From Treponemataceae bacterium (GTDB lineage: Bacteria > Spirochaetota > Spirochaetia > Treponematales > Rectinemataceae), in assembly GCA_963678065.2 (NCBI GenBank), contig CAXXVZ010000005.1:1024001-1088000 (forward strand): DNA of 64,000 bases, in the 5' to 3' direction. This document shows, one piece after another, positions 1-9,785 of the stretch. A program made the position numbers and the translations under genes. The notes under the pieces were generated by a model. It was given only the letters and a program-made list of their open reading frames with translations. It was not told the origin of the DNA and made no database searches. The first letter of the stretch is position 1. The number at the start of each line of letters is the position of its first letter.

Positions 1-1793
1 GCCAGTATCGATCTCGGCTCCGACGACGAGTTCGGGCCGCGCATCGACGAAGACGACGGTCAAGCCCGCGTCGCGGGCGGCACAGGCGAACGCCGCCGCG
101 GACTCGGGAAGTCTCTGCGAATAAGGAAGGACGAGGCCCGATAGCGCTCGCCGCACACGAGGAGTTCCCCCTTCCCGAACCGGGCCGCGTAGCGATCCGT
201 GTCGGAGATCAGGTCTTCGGGGACGATGTCGTAATCGATCTGGTTCTGCGCGAGGACGCGCGCCGGCGTTTCGCAGGGCATATAGTCGCCGCACCATTCC
301 ATCGCGGCGTGGTAGAGGATGGCGACGGGCGCGACATGCGTTCCCCCCTCGAGAAGGCCGCAGAGCCTGTCGGTGTAGCGCATGAGGTAGCCGAAGTGCC
401 TGTACTGCGGATTCCTGCCGCGCGCGTAGAAATGCGGCGGGCAATCCGGATCGGGATATTCTTTGGGGTTGAAGGCGTGGGGCACGAGGCGGTTGATCCC
501 CCGGACGAGCATGTGGTCGACGAGCCACTTCATGAGCTTGAGGCCCTCGCTCCACCCGTAGGCGCCGAAAATCTCGCACAGGGCGATTCCCTTCTTGCCC
601 GCATCGATGTGCGCGAGGGAGGACGCGAGCTTGGCCAAGGCATAGTGGAAGAACTCGCCATCCCACTCGCCGCCGAAGAAGGCGTGGCCTGTTTCTCCGA
701 ATCCCGGCAGGATCTGCTGAATCACGACATCGACGCCGGCCCAGTCCTGCCCCGCGAGGGCCCTGAAGTAGTGCCCGGCGCCCGCGCCGAGCCTCGCGTG
801 CTCACCCTGATCCTCGATGACGTGCCCGATGTACTGGCCGCCGCGGGCGCGACACCACTCGCCGAGCTGTTCGGAGAAGTTCTTCCGGTAGAGGGACGTG
901 GCGGCATCCATGTACGCGTAGCGCGCCCGCGGAGCCTCGCTCCCCGGCACCCACAGGAAGGGCAGGGATCGCGCGAAACCATCGCGGAGTCTGAGGGAGA
1001 GCATGTCCCGCAACTCGCCGCACCAGGGGAGGACCATCCCTTTTTTCCGGCCTATGTCCTCGTCGAAGGCGTAGCCGGCCGTATTGCCCATGCCAGGCTC
1101 GTCGGAAAAGAAACCCGAGAAGGTCAGGCCGAACTCGGCCTTGTATCGCTCATAGTGAGGCTCATAGACGGCCTCGATGAGCGCCTCCACCGACTTCCGG
1201 TCGATGGGGTTGAGGTAGTCGGGATTGCCGCCTCCCGAACTCGTCTCGTAGACGATGAAGAGCCGCCACAGGCCCTCGGGGACATCCCAGTGCACGAGAC
1301 TGTCGCGCAGGGATGAGCTGAGATCGATGGGCGAATCGAAGAGCGCCCCGCTCCGGCGGCAGGCGACGAGAGCGACCACGCGATCAGGCCTGTCCCCGGG
1401 GGAGGGCGCGGGGGTGCCGAAGGGACTGCGGTGATCGAGCCTGGCGTCGATCGCGAAGGTCGCCCCGTGAAGAGGGCCGCAGGCGTCGGCCTGCATCTCG
1501 GCGAGATAGCGCTTGGCGCGCTCGGGATACTTCGTCCTGATGAGGCCATTCGCGTACCCGGTCGGAAAGTGCGCGTCGTCCAAAAGCCAGACGCGCATGC
1601 GGCGACGCTTCGCTTCACCCATCACGGCATCGAGATCGCGCCACCAGAGGGGACCGCAAAAGTCAGGATGAGGCCTCGACTCGACGCAGAGGGCAGCCAT
1701 GCCCGCCTGCGCGATCGCCGCGATCTCTTCCCGGATTATCGACTCGGCCTCTCCGTGGAGCCACAAAAAAGGCAGGATCCGTTCGCCTTCCAT
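1..1793 (-). pseudogene. Glycoside hydrolase (GH106/GH2-like, alpha-L-rhamnosidase-type) with an apparent 1-nt frameshift near 135; runs off the window edge
   Basis: N-terminal ILPFLWLHGE..ESRPHPDF..WLLDDAHFPTG and GFFSDEP motifs resemble this family. After YRA the ORF turns to junk and stops at 60, while the neighbouring frame continues LVLPYSQRLPESAAAF..LTVVFVDARPE open to base 1. Start taken as ATG at 1793. Confidence 0.7.
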
Positions 1794-1871
1794 ACGTCCG
1801 CGCGCCTCCCGATACCATCCAATCCGAAAGGCCGCCGCCGCGCTACCCGCAAACCGACGGGGTTCTACCAC

Positions 1872-3473
1872 TCATCCGCCATCAGGTTTTCCGGCGCAGC
1901 GTTCGGCGCGATATCGCGATGGATTGACGCCCTCTGTTTTCCTGAAAGTTTCGGAGAAGTGCGAGAAATTCGTGTATCCGATCCGCGAGGCAATCTCCCC
2001 GACCGGAAGATTTGTCTTCTCGAGGAGATCGCGGGCCATTTTCATGCGTTCGCCGAGAATGTATTCCGAGACAGAGAGGCCGGTTTCTTTCTTGAACAGT
2101 CTCGAGAGGTAATCGGGGTTGAGCGACACGTGCTCGGCTATGCTGGAGCACGACAGATTCTCGGTGAGATGCCGCGAGATATAGCGCGACGCCCGCCCGA
2201 AGGGCGTGCCCGATTTCTCGAGCTCATCCATCTTCCGCCCCGCCCCGTCGAGGAGATGCCCGACCCAGGCGGCGAGGTCAGCCAGAGAATCGGTCGCCCG
2301 CCTCTCCAGGGCGATGGACTCGGGATCGTCGAAGAGCTCGTGCACGGGAACACGCTTCGATTTCAGGATGGAATACACGGCCTGGGAGAAATCCTGGCGG
2401 AAACGATGCAGAGTAGCGGCCTTCCACGAACCGCGCCTGCTCAGGCGCTCGATGTACGCGAGCGCCTCCGATTGCACGGCCTCGCGTCCGCCAGAGGCCA
2501 GCATCATGGCCCAGAGCATCGTGTCCGGAAACGCGGAGCCTTCGGGTTCGTCACCGCAGGAGCCGGCCGCGAGGACCTCGCCCTTCCGGGCGAAACTGTT
2601 CGCCTCGAGGCGGCGCAGCTCGCCGATCCCCGCAGTCAGAGCGACGATATCGCCGACCCGCCCGAGATAGCAGGAGGGTTTGCAATAAAAATGGACGCCG
2701 CAATACGAGATTATCCTTTCGAAAAGCGATCGGTCGGCCGCGCATCCTTCGGCGAGGACAAGGATGAAGAGCAGCTTGCCCTCGCCGAAGACCGCCGAAC
2801 GGGCGTCGATGCCGGCCTGAGCGCAGCTTTCGTCAGTCGCCTTGCGCACGGCGAATTCGAGAAGCCTCCTGTCGTTCTCGCCGATTCCCTCGGTCCAGGA
2901 CCTGATCGAGATCAAGACAGGCTGAAGAGAGGCTCCGGGAGGAATGGCGGTCCCATTCTCCTCGGCCAGGGCGAGAAGTTCCTCCGCGCTGCCCGCGACG
3001 CGTCTCTCCGCGAGGCCGAGCCAAAAGCCCTCGGCGAGCTCCGAACGATGCCTCCGCCAGAGCTCCCCGCGCGATGCGCCTTCGCGCTCGGCGCTCTCAC
3101 CCTCTCTCTTCTGAAAAAGGCGCTCGAGGACTTCCTCGAGTTTCGCATAGGGAACAGGCTTGAGAAGGTAATCGAATCCGCCCAGCCGCAAGGCGCGCTG
3201 CGCATACGAAAAATCCGCGTGGCAGGTGAGGAAGATCGAATCTACGCCTGGCTTGTTCTCCGCTACCCAGGTGACGAGATCGAGGCCGGAGCCCTGTGGC
3301 ATCTCGATGTCGCAGATGATGACATCGACGTCCTGGGCGGCCAGTACCGCCTCGGCCTCGCGGCGGCTATACACCCCGAGAACCGGGGATACACCGAGCC
3401 TTTCCCAATCGACGCAGCGCTTGAGGCCTTCCACAGCGTATTTCTCGTCGTCGATAATAAGAACCCGCCTCAC
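1872..3473 (-). CDS. Response regulator, receiver + AraC HTH (YesN-like)
   Basis: VLIIDDE / CDIEMP / DYLLKP receiver motifs; C-terminal LNPDYLSRLFKKETG..IGYTNFSHFSETFRK AraC HTH; GTG at 3473 with GAGGAG RBS. Confidence 0.92.
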   Translation of the reverse strand: MRRVLIIDDEKYAVEGLKRCVDWERLGVSPVLGVYSRREAEAVLAAQDVDVIICDIEMPQGSGLDLVTWVAENKPGVDSIFLTCHADFSYAQRALRLGGFDYLLKPVPYAKLEEVLERLFQKREGESAEREGASRGELWRRHRSELAEGFWLGLAERRVAGSAEELLALAEENGTAIPPGASLQPVLISIRSWTEGIGENDRRLLEFAVRKATDESCAQAGIDARSAVFGEGKLLFILVLAEGCAADRSLFERIISYCGVHFYCKPSCYLGRVGDIVALTAGIGELRRLEANSFARKGEVLAAGSCGDEPEGSAFPDTMLWAMMLASGGREAVQSEALAYIERLSRRGSWKAATLHRFRQDFSQAVYSILKSKRVPVHELFDDPESIALERRATDSLADLAAWVGHLLDGAGRKMDELEKSGTPFGRASRYISRHLTENLSCSSIAEHVSLNPDYLSRLFKKETGLSVSEYILGERMKMARDLLEKTNLPVGEIASRIGYTNFSHFSETFRKTEGVNPSRYRAERCAGKPDGG

Positions 3474-3505
3474 GGGAACACTCCTCACCGCCGCGAATTC
3501 GACGC

Positions 3506-3511
3506 TATACT
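3506..3511 (+). promoter_or_regulatory. -10 box (TATACT) 6 nt before the kinase ATG; possible leaderless promoter
   Basis: gcTATACTggccacATG; no Shine-Dalgarno sequence upstream of 3518. Confidence 0.5.
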
Positions 3512-3517
3512 GGCCAC

Positions 3518-5236
3518 ATGAAGCTCAGACCGCCGGGGCGCAGCTCGATACGCGTCAAGCTCATTTTCCTCATGCTCGTCGCCACGGTACCGCTCGGTTC
3601 ACTGTTGATTTACCAAAATTTATACTCAATTTCCGCCATGCATGACAAGGTCGCACAATCCAACAAGGATCTCCTGTCGGTCTATCTCGGTCAGATCGAC
3701 CAGAGCCTCCGCTACGTCGAGTACTACATGAACTCCCTCACCGTCAGGAACACTTCCATACTCGCCTTCGACGACTTCGCCGACAGGGACGAGGACGCCT
3801 ACCAGCTGGCAAAACTGGATATCCAGAACGAATTGGGGAACACGGTCCCTCTCTTCGCGATGATGGACGGACTCTTCGTCTACTCGACGAAGCGCAACGA
3901 ATTCATAGAGGCGCTCAACGCGAACACGCCGTATCAGACACGGTTGCTGATACACGCGAGCATCAGGAAGGCCGTCGCGAAAGGGTCAGCGGCGAAAGAG
4001 GTGATGACCTGGCAATCGCCCAAAATCGGCGACGGATACTATATCACGCGGATCGTACAAATCGGCGATACCTTTTTGGGCGCATGGGGCCGCGCCGACC
4101 GGATACTTCTTCCGCTCGAGCGCATAGACCTCGGGAAAGGCGGCAAGGCACTCTTCGTCTCCTCTTCGGGAGAGCCGATGAACTGGGGGGAATGGATAGC
4201 GGAGCGCGGCATAAACCTCAGGCCCGACTTCAGCCGCTACTACATGAGCGGCAACAGAGAAAAATACCTGGTCGTCGGCAGTCGATCGCGGGAAGGAGGG
4301 TTCTCGCTCGCGGCCGTCATTCCGGACTCGACCATCAGAAAGGGCCTTCCCACGCCGCAGGGGCTCATCCTCTGGATATCCGTATTCGCTCTCGGACTCG
4401 TACCGCTCTCCCTCCTCATCGCGCAGAGGAGCGTGATCGACCCGCTCCGGCGCATGGTCGAGGCGATGCGGCGGATCCAGGGCGGCAATCTCGAGCTCCG
4501 GATGGAGGCGGACCCCACTTCCAACGAGTTTGCGATCGTGGACTCGACGTTCAACAGCATGATAGCGCGGATACGCGACCTGAAAATCGCCGTCTACGAA
4601 GAGCAGCTCAACGCTCAGCGGGCAGAGCTGAAGCAGCTGCAGCTCCAGATAAAACCGCACTTCTACCTCAATTCGCTCAACGGCATATACCACCTGGCGC
4701 AGATGCGCGAGTACAGCCTCATCCAGGAGATGACACAGAACCTCGTCGATTATTTCAGGTACATGATAAAGACCAACGCCAGCTTCGTCAGCCTCGGAGA
4801 TGAGCTCAGGCATGTCCGGACCTACCATCGCATACAGGAGATGCGGCTCGCCGGCGAGCACAGGCTTTCCATCGACGCCCCCGATGAAGCGATGACTGCC
4901 TCGGTGCCACCCCTCCTCGTCCAGACCTTCGTGGAGAATTCGAGCAAGTACGGGATAGAAGAGGACGGATCGCTCCGGGTATCGATCACGGTCTCGCTGA
5001 GCGCGACGCGGGAGAGGCTCGCGATCTCGATCGGGGATGGCGGCCCCGGTTTCCCGGAAGAGGTGTTGGCGGAACTCAAGGGTGGAACGCTCGAACCGGA
5101 CGAAAACGGCAAAAAAGTCGGGATATGGAACATGCGCAGGAGGCTCGCGATCCTCTATCACGGGCAGGCGAGTCTGCGATTCGAGAACACGCGACCCGGG
5201 GCCCTCGTGGAGATCGACATCCCTTTCACGGAGTGA
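3518..5236 (+). CDS. Sensor histidine kinase (YesM/LytS-type, HAMP + His_kinase + HATPase)
   Basis: Two TM segments, QIKPHFYLNSL H-box, LVQTFVENS, DGGPG, VGIWN motifs. Confidence 0.92.
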   Translation: MKLRPPGRSSIRVKLIFLMLVATVPLGSLLIYQNLYSISAMHDKVAQSNKDLLSVYLGQIDQSLRYVEYYMNSLTVRNTSILAFDDFADRDEDAYQLAKLDIQNELGNTVPLFAMMDGLFVYSTKRNEFIEALNANTPYQTRLLIHASIRKAVAKGSAAKEVMTWQSPKIGDGYYITRIVQIGDTFLGAWGRADRILLPLERIDLGKGGKALFVSSSGEPMNWGEWIAERGINLRPDFSRYYMSGNREKYLVVGSRSREGGFSLAAVIPDSTIRKGLPTPQGLILWISVFALGLVPLSLLIAQRSVIDPLRRMVEAMRRIQGGNLELRMEADPTSNEFAIVDSTFNSMIARIRDLKIAVYEEQLNAQRAELKQLQLQIKPHFYLNSLNGIYHLAQMREYSLIQEMTQNLVDYFRYMIKTNASFVSLGDELRHVRTYHRIQEMRLAGEHRLSIDAPDEAMTASVPPLLVQTFVENSSKYGIEEDGSLRVSITVSLSATRERLAISIGDGGPGFPEEVLAELKGGTLEPDENGKKVGIWNMRRRLAILYHGQASLRFENTRPGALVEIDIPFTE

Positions 5237-5367
5237 AGGGGCCGGCCAACGATACGACTGCGAAAACACGGCAGTATTGGAAACGTCTCTGTCGGCTTTG
5301 TCAAAACCCTGCTAGACTGAGGATACAAGCCCGTCCGGCAAGGACAGACAAATCCAAGGAGGAAACC

Positions 5368-6231
5368 ATGAGACTGAAAGCAGCGGCAATCGTCGCGCTC
5401 GCCCTCGCGATCGTCGCGGGATCGGTGTACGCGGATCCCATCAAAACCACCGAATTCGTGGCCTACATCCCGAACGAGGGGCGGATGATTCCCGCCACCG
5501 TGTGCCTTCCCGCGGGGGCTGCAGACCGCATGTATCCCGCCGTCGTTATGCTCCACGGCACAGGCTCCAACAGGGAAGAGGCCGGAAACGGCTACAAAAT
5601 GCTCGCGCCCTACATGGCCGAACACGGCATCGCTTCCATACGGATCGACTTCGCGGGCTCGGGAGACAGCAAAGCCGACTACGTGGAGTACACCTGGACT
5701 TCCGGTGCCTCCGACGCGGCGGCCGCGGCCGAGTTCATAAAGCAGTTCAAAGTTGTCGATCCCGACAGAATCGGAGTCATGGGATGGAGCCAGGGTGGAT
5801 CGGTCGCCATACTCGCGGCCGCCAGATACCCGACCTTCAAAGCCCTCCTCACATGGGCCGGCGCTCTCGACATGTTCGACTACTTCGCGCCCATCTACGA
5901 CGAGGCGAAGGCCAAGGGATTCGCGAAGGCGACCTTCGAGTGGAGAACCCCGCTCAACCTCTCGCTGCAGTGGTTCGCTGACGCGAAGAACATTTCCCTC
6001 CGCAAGGAACTGTCCAATTTCAAGGGTCCCGTTCTCGCGATCGCGGGAAGCGACGATGAGGTCGTTCCGCTCAGCGCCCTCGACGAAATCGTAGCTTCCT
6101 CAGGTGGCTGCGATTCAGCGAAACTCCTCATTCAGGGCGCCGACCACACCTTCAGGGTTTTCACGGGCGATCTTTCCAAATTCAACGAACTGAGGGACGC
6201 GACCACTTCCTGGTTCGGCAAGAAGCTATAA
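5368..6231 (+). CDS. Secreted alpha/beta hydrolase (esterase family)
   Basis: AAGGAGG RBS, signal peptide MRLKAAAIVALALAIVAGSVYA, LHG oxyanion motif, GWSQGG nucleophile elbow, GSDDEVV and GADH. Confidence 0.88.
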   Translation: MRLKAAAIVALALAIVAGSVYADPIKTTEFVAYIPNEGRMIPATVCLPAGAADRMYPAVVMLHGTGSNREEAGNGYKMLAPYMAEHGIASIRIDFAGSGDSKADYVEYTWTSGASDAAAAAEFIKQFKVVDPDRIGVMGWSQGGSVAILAAARYPTFKALLTWAGALDMFDYFAPIYDEAKAKGFAKATFEWRTPLNLSLQWFADAKNISLRKELSNFKGPVLAIAGSDDEVVPLSALDEIVASSGGCDSAKLLIQGADHTFRVFTGDLSKFNELRDATTSWFGKKL

Positions 6232-6232
6232 A

Positions 6233-6262
6233 ACAAAGGCGTTCGAAACACCGCGCCTTTGT
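6233..6262. terminator. Hairpin after hydrolase gene
   Basis: acaaaggcg ... cgcctttgt inverted repeat between convergent genes. Confidence 0.5.
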
Positions 6263-6291
6263 CGGCCGGCGCGGATCAGGAACGGACACCA

Positions 6292-6326
6292 AGTCCTGCC
6301 TGATCCCGCCGGCGATGGCGATGCGC
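6292..6326 (+). repeat. 35-bp direct repeat, copy 1 (also the right arm of an imperfect hairpin ~6265-6313)
   Basis: agtcctgcctgatcccgccggcgatggcgatgcgc; 34/35 identical to 19381-19415. Confidence 0.9.
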
Positions 6327-6335
6327 TGGTCGCGG

Positions 6336-7892
6336 CTACTTTTTGTCCGGGAATGAGATCATCCCGTCCCAGCTGTTGAGAACCTTCCCCGCCCGCGCCT
6401 CCTCCTCAGAAAACCAGTGTGCGGTCACACTCTTCAGTTCCGTGAAGAACCGGATGCCGTCCGTCCCCATCGCGTGCAGATCCCCGAAAAACGAGTTCTT
6501 GTGCCCCGTGAACCCGAACACCCCCAGCGGCACGGGAATCCCGACGTTGACCCCCACCTGCCCGCCATGCGTCCGCTTCGCAAACTCCCGCGCGTAGTAC
6601 CCACTCCGCGTGTAGATCACCGAACCGTTCGCATACTCGTTCCCGTTCATGAGCGCAAGTCCCTCCTCGAAGTCCTTCACCCGCTTGATGCACAGAACGG
6701 GTCCGAAGACCTCTTTGTCCCCGATGCTCATCCCCGGTTTCACGTGATCGAAGAGCGTTGGTCCGACATAGAACCCTTTTTCGTAGCCCTTCACGACGAC
6801 ATCCCGTCCGTCCAGCACGAGTTCGGCCCCCTCCTTCACTCCCTTCCCGATCCAGTCGACGACGAATGCGCGGTGTTCCGCGTTCACCACCGGCCCCATC
6901 TGGCTCGACGCTTCGTACGCCGGCCCCACGGTGAGCTCCGACATGAGCTTCGCGAGGATCGCCACGAGTTCATCCGCAATCTCTTCCTCTACAACAACCG
7001 CAGGCAGGGCCATGCAGCGCTCGCCCGCGCAGCCGCAGGCCGAGTTGACGATACCCCGGGCTGTGCGCTCAAGGGCGGCATCCTTGAGCACGAGCGCATG
7101 GTTCTTCGCCTCCGTGAGGCACTGCACCCGCTTCCCCGCGGCCGCCGCCGTGGCGTAGATATGTCTCCCCACCCCCGTCGAGCCCACGAAGGATATCCCC
7201 CTCACATCGGGATGCCCGAGGAGTATCTCCGCCTCATGCCTCGAACAGGTGACCAGATTGAGCACCCCGGGTGGCAATCCCGCCTCGGCCCAGAGCTCCA
7301 TGATCCGCATCGAGGTCTGCGGCGTGAAGCTCGCCGCTTTGATGACCATCGTGTTCCCCGTGGCGATGCACAGGGGCGCCATCCAGCCCATCGGAATCAT
7401 GGCCGGGAAGTTCCAGGGCGCTATCCCCGCGAAGACTCCCAGGCTCTCCATGTACTGCGTCGTGTCGTAGCCCGTCGTGCAGTTCATGAGGGCGGGACCC
7501 TTCATGAGCTGCGGGATACCGCAGGCGAACTCCACGACTTCCGTGACCTTGAGCACATCGCCCATCGCCTCGCCCAGCACCTTGCCGTTCTCGCGGGCGC
7601 AGAGCTGTGTGAGTTCGTCGAGATGTTTGTCCAGAAGGGCCTTCATCCGGAACAGCACCTGCACGCGCTTGTTCGGCGGGGTATCCGACCAGGCGGGGTA
7701 GGCCGCCGCGGCCGAAGCGACCGCCGATTCGACCTCATCTGAGGTGCACTGGGGTGCGCGGGCGATGATTTCGCCCATGGACGGATTGTAACAATCCATG
7801 TAGTTCGTGGTCTTCGAAGTTTTCCACCCGCCATCGACCCAGTACTGAAGCTGCCGCACTCCGGCTACAACATCGGTTTTCGCGTTATCCAT
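6336..7892 (-). CDS. iolA: CoA-acylating (methyl)malonate-semialdehyde dehydrogenase, copy 1
   Basis: IAPWNFP, SFVGST, AKNH, AGERCMA catalytic Cys, EVFGP, GQVGVNVGIPVP, FFGDLH; AAGGAG RBS before ATG 7892. Confidence 0.9.
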   Translation of the reverse strand: MDNAKTDVVAGVRQLQYWVDGGWKTSKTTNYMDCYNPSMGEIIARAPQCTSDEVESAVASAAAAYPAWSDTPPNKRVQVLFRMKALLDKHLDELTQLCARENGKVLGEAMGDVLKVTEVVEFACGIPQLMKGPALMNCTTGYDTTQYMESLGVFAGIAPWNFPAMIPMGWMAPLCIATGNTMVIKAASFTPQTSMRIMELWAEAGLPPGVLNLVTCSRHEAEILLGHPDVRGISFVGSTGVGRHIYATAAAAGKRVQCLTEAKNHALVLKDAALERTARGIVNSACGCAGERCMALPAVVVEEEIADELVAILAKLMSELTVGPAYEASSQMGPVVNAEHRAFVVDWIGKGVKEGAELVLDGRDVVVKGYEKGFYVGPTLFDHVKPGMSIGDKEVFGPVLCIKRVKDFEEGLALMNGNEYANGSVIYTRSGYYAREFAKRTHGGQVGVNVGIPVPLGVFGFTGHKNSFFGDLHAMGTDGIRFFTELKSVTAHWFSEEEARAGKVLNSWDGMISFPDKK

Positions 7893-7931
7893 ATGTCTCT
7901 CCTTCGGCAATACATAAAATCGCCCATAGTC

Positions 7932-8867
7932 TCATCCCAACAGGCGTCGCGCGGTACTCTCTATTTCCCTGGATGTGAGTCCATAGACCTCCAACAGCTC
8001 GTCGTAGTTGCGGGCGGATCTGCCGAACTGGTCCTGCACTCCCACGAAATCGATCGGCGCGTGACGCTCCAATCGCAGGGCCTCGACGATAGCGGAGCCG
8101 AGGCCGCCGTACACCGTATGTTCCTCCGCCGTCACAATCGCCCTCGTCCCGGCGGCGTACGCGATCAGTGCGCCTCTATCGAGGGGCTTTATCGTGCTCA
8201 CGTTCAGGACCCGCGCCTCGATGCCGCTCTTTGCAAGATTCCCGGCCGCTTCGAGCGAGCGCGTCACCATCGTGCCGCAGGCGAAGATCGCGACATCCGC
8301 CCCATCCCGGAGCCGCGTCACTTTCCCGATATGGTAGGGCTCGTCCTCCGGGTACACCCTCGCGAGGTCATTCCGGTTTATCCTGATATAGGCTGGCCCG
8401 GCCCAATTCTCCAGGCACTCCATCATCTTCTCGGTCTCGGCTGAGTCCACAGGACAGAGCACCGCCATGTGGGGAAGCGAGCGCATGATCGCCATGTCCT
8501 CGAGTGACTGGTGTGTTTTGCCATCGCCGTAATCGGAGAGCCCGCAGCTCGAGCCGGCGATCCGCACGGAAAGGTTGGGTATGCAGATCGAGCCCCGGAT
8601 CTGGTCGAATGCCCTGCCGGAGGCAAACACCGCGAAGGAGTTGATGAAAGGGATCTTCCCCGACAGCGCGAGCCCCGCCGCGATGGAGGCCATATTCTGC
8701 TCGGCGATCCCCACGTCGAAGTAGCGGTCGGGGAATCTTTCCTTGAACAGGACGCTCCTCGTCGATTTCCCGAGATCCGCCTCGAGAACGACGACGTTCC
8801 TGTTCCGCGTCCCGAGCGATACGAGCCCGAGACCGTAGGTCTCGCGAATACTGTTAGACTGCGTCAT
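7932..8867 (-). CDS. Transketolase, C-terminal subunit (split transketolase)
   Basis: GIAEQ, RAFDQIR, DGKTHQ, TIKPLD, AEEH..GGLG motifs. Confidence 0.9.
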   Translation of the reverse strand: MTQSNSIRETYGLGLVSLGTRNRNVVVLEADLGKSTRSVLFKERFPDRYFDVGIAEQNMASIAAGLALSGKIPFINSFAVFASGRAFDQIRGSICIPNLSVRIAGSSCGLSDYGDGKTHQSLEDMAIMRSLPHMAVLCPVDSAETEKMMECLENWAGPAYIRINRNDLARVYPEDEPYHIGKVTRLRDGADVAIFACGTMVTRSLEAAGNLAKSGIEARVLNVSTIKPLDRGALIAYAAGTRAIVTAEEHTVYGGLGSAIVEALRLERHAPIDFVGVQDQFGRSARNYDELLEVYGLTSREIESTARRLLG

Positions 8868-8883
8868 GATACAGGCCCTCTCC

Positions 8884-9729
8884 TCAGTCGACGTTGTGCG
8901 ACGCCAAGCGCGCCTCAAGCTCGCGGATAGCCGTTCCCATCTGAACCTCCGTGAGCGCCGCGTTGTGGAAAACCGCGGAATCCTCGGCGTAGGAGATTCC
9001 CTTTCCCTTTATCGTGTCCGCGACGATGACGTACGGTCTGTCGCCGCCCTTGCCCGCTTCGCCCAGCGCGCGGAGTATCTCCTTCACGTCGTGGCCGTCG
9101 ACCGTCGCGACATTCCACCCGAAGGCCCGCCACTTGTCTTCGATGCGCGGGATGTCGAATACCTCGGCTGTCCTGCCCGTGGCCTGGATCCTGTTCCTGT
9201 CCACGATGCCGACGAGGTTGCCGAGCTTGTAAGCGCTCGCGGCCATTGCGGCTTCCCATATCTGGCCCTCCGACAGCTCGCCATCGCCCATTATTACAAA
9301 GACTCGGCTTTTCCGATCGTCGAGCCTCGCCGCGAGGGCCATACCCACGCCGATCGAGAGTCCCTGCCCGAGCGAGCCGGTCACCGCCTCGATGCCTGGC
9401 GTATGAGCCATGTCCGGGTGCCCCTGCAGGATGCCCTCGAGGCTTTTCGTTTTCGCCAACTCGCTCCGCGGAATGACGCCGAGTTCCACGAGAGCCGCGT
9501 ACTGTATGAGCACCGCATGGCCCTTGCTGAGTATGAGGCGGTCCCTGGCCGGGTCGTCGATTCTCTTCGGATCGAATTTCATCTCATGGAAATAGAGCGA
9601 GGCCACGATCTCCGCGAGAGAATTCGAACCGCCCAGGTGGCCGGCCTTCCCCACGCCCATCATCTCGAGGACGTTCATGCGCAGCTTGGTCGCCCTGTCG
9701 TATATTTTCTTCAACTCCCGATCTTCCAC
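8884..9729 (-). CDS. Transketolase, N-terminal ThDP-binding subunit
   Basis: GHLGG, SKGHA, QGHP, TGSLGQG, GDGE..EGQIWEA..N; GTG start with GGAG RBS. Confidence 0.9.
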   Translation of the reverse strand: MEDRELKKIYDRATKLRMNVLEMMGVGKAGHLGGSNSLAEIVASLYFHEMKFDPKRIDDPARDRLILSKGHAVLIQYAALVELGVIPRSELAKTKSLEGILQGHPDMAHTPGIEAVTGSLGQGLSIGVGMALAARLDDRKSRVFVIMGDGELSEGQIWEAAMAASAYKLGNLVGIVDRNRIQATGRTAEVFDIPRIEDKWRAFGWNVATVDGHDVKEILRALGEAGKGGDRPYVIVADTIKGKGISYAEDSAVFHNAALTEVQMGTAIRELEARLASHNVD

Positions 9730-9785
9730 GTCGAATCTCCTTTCCTGGACCGCGTACAGTTTGCCTGCGTACAGCTTGCCCGGCC

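Noticed and set aside
1431..3521. 696-aa plus-strand ORF (and similar long shadow ORFs at 20415-22412, 55328-57508, 60922-62514)
   Set aside because: Antisense to well-supported genes, no recognisable motifs; expected in high-GC DNA
9752..9780. 14-bp tandem near-repeat gcgtacag(t/c)ttgcc in an intergenic gap
   Set aside because: Only two units and no spacers; not CRISPR-like and no function can be supported
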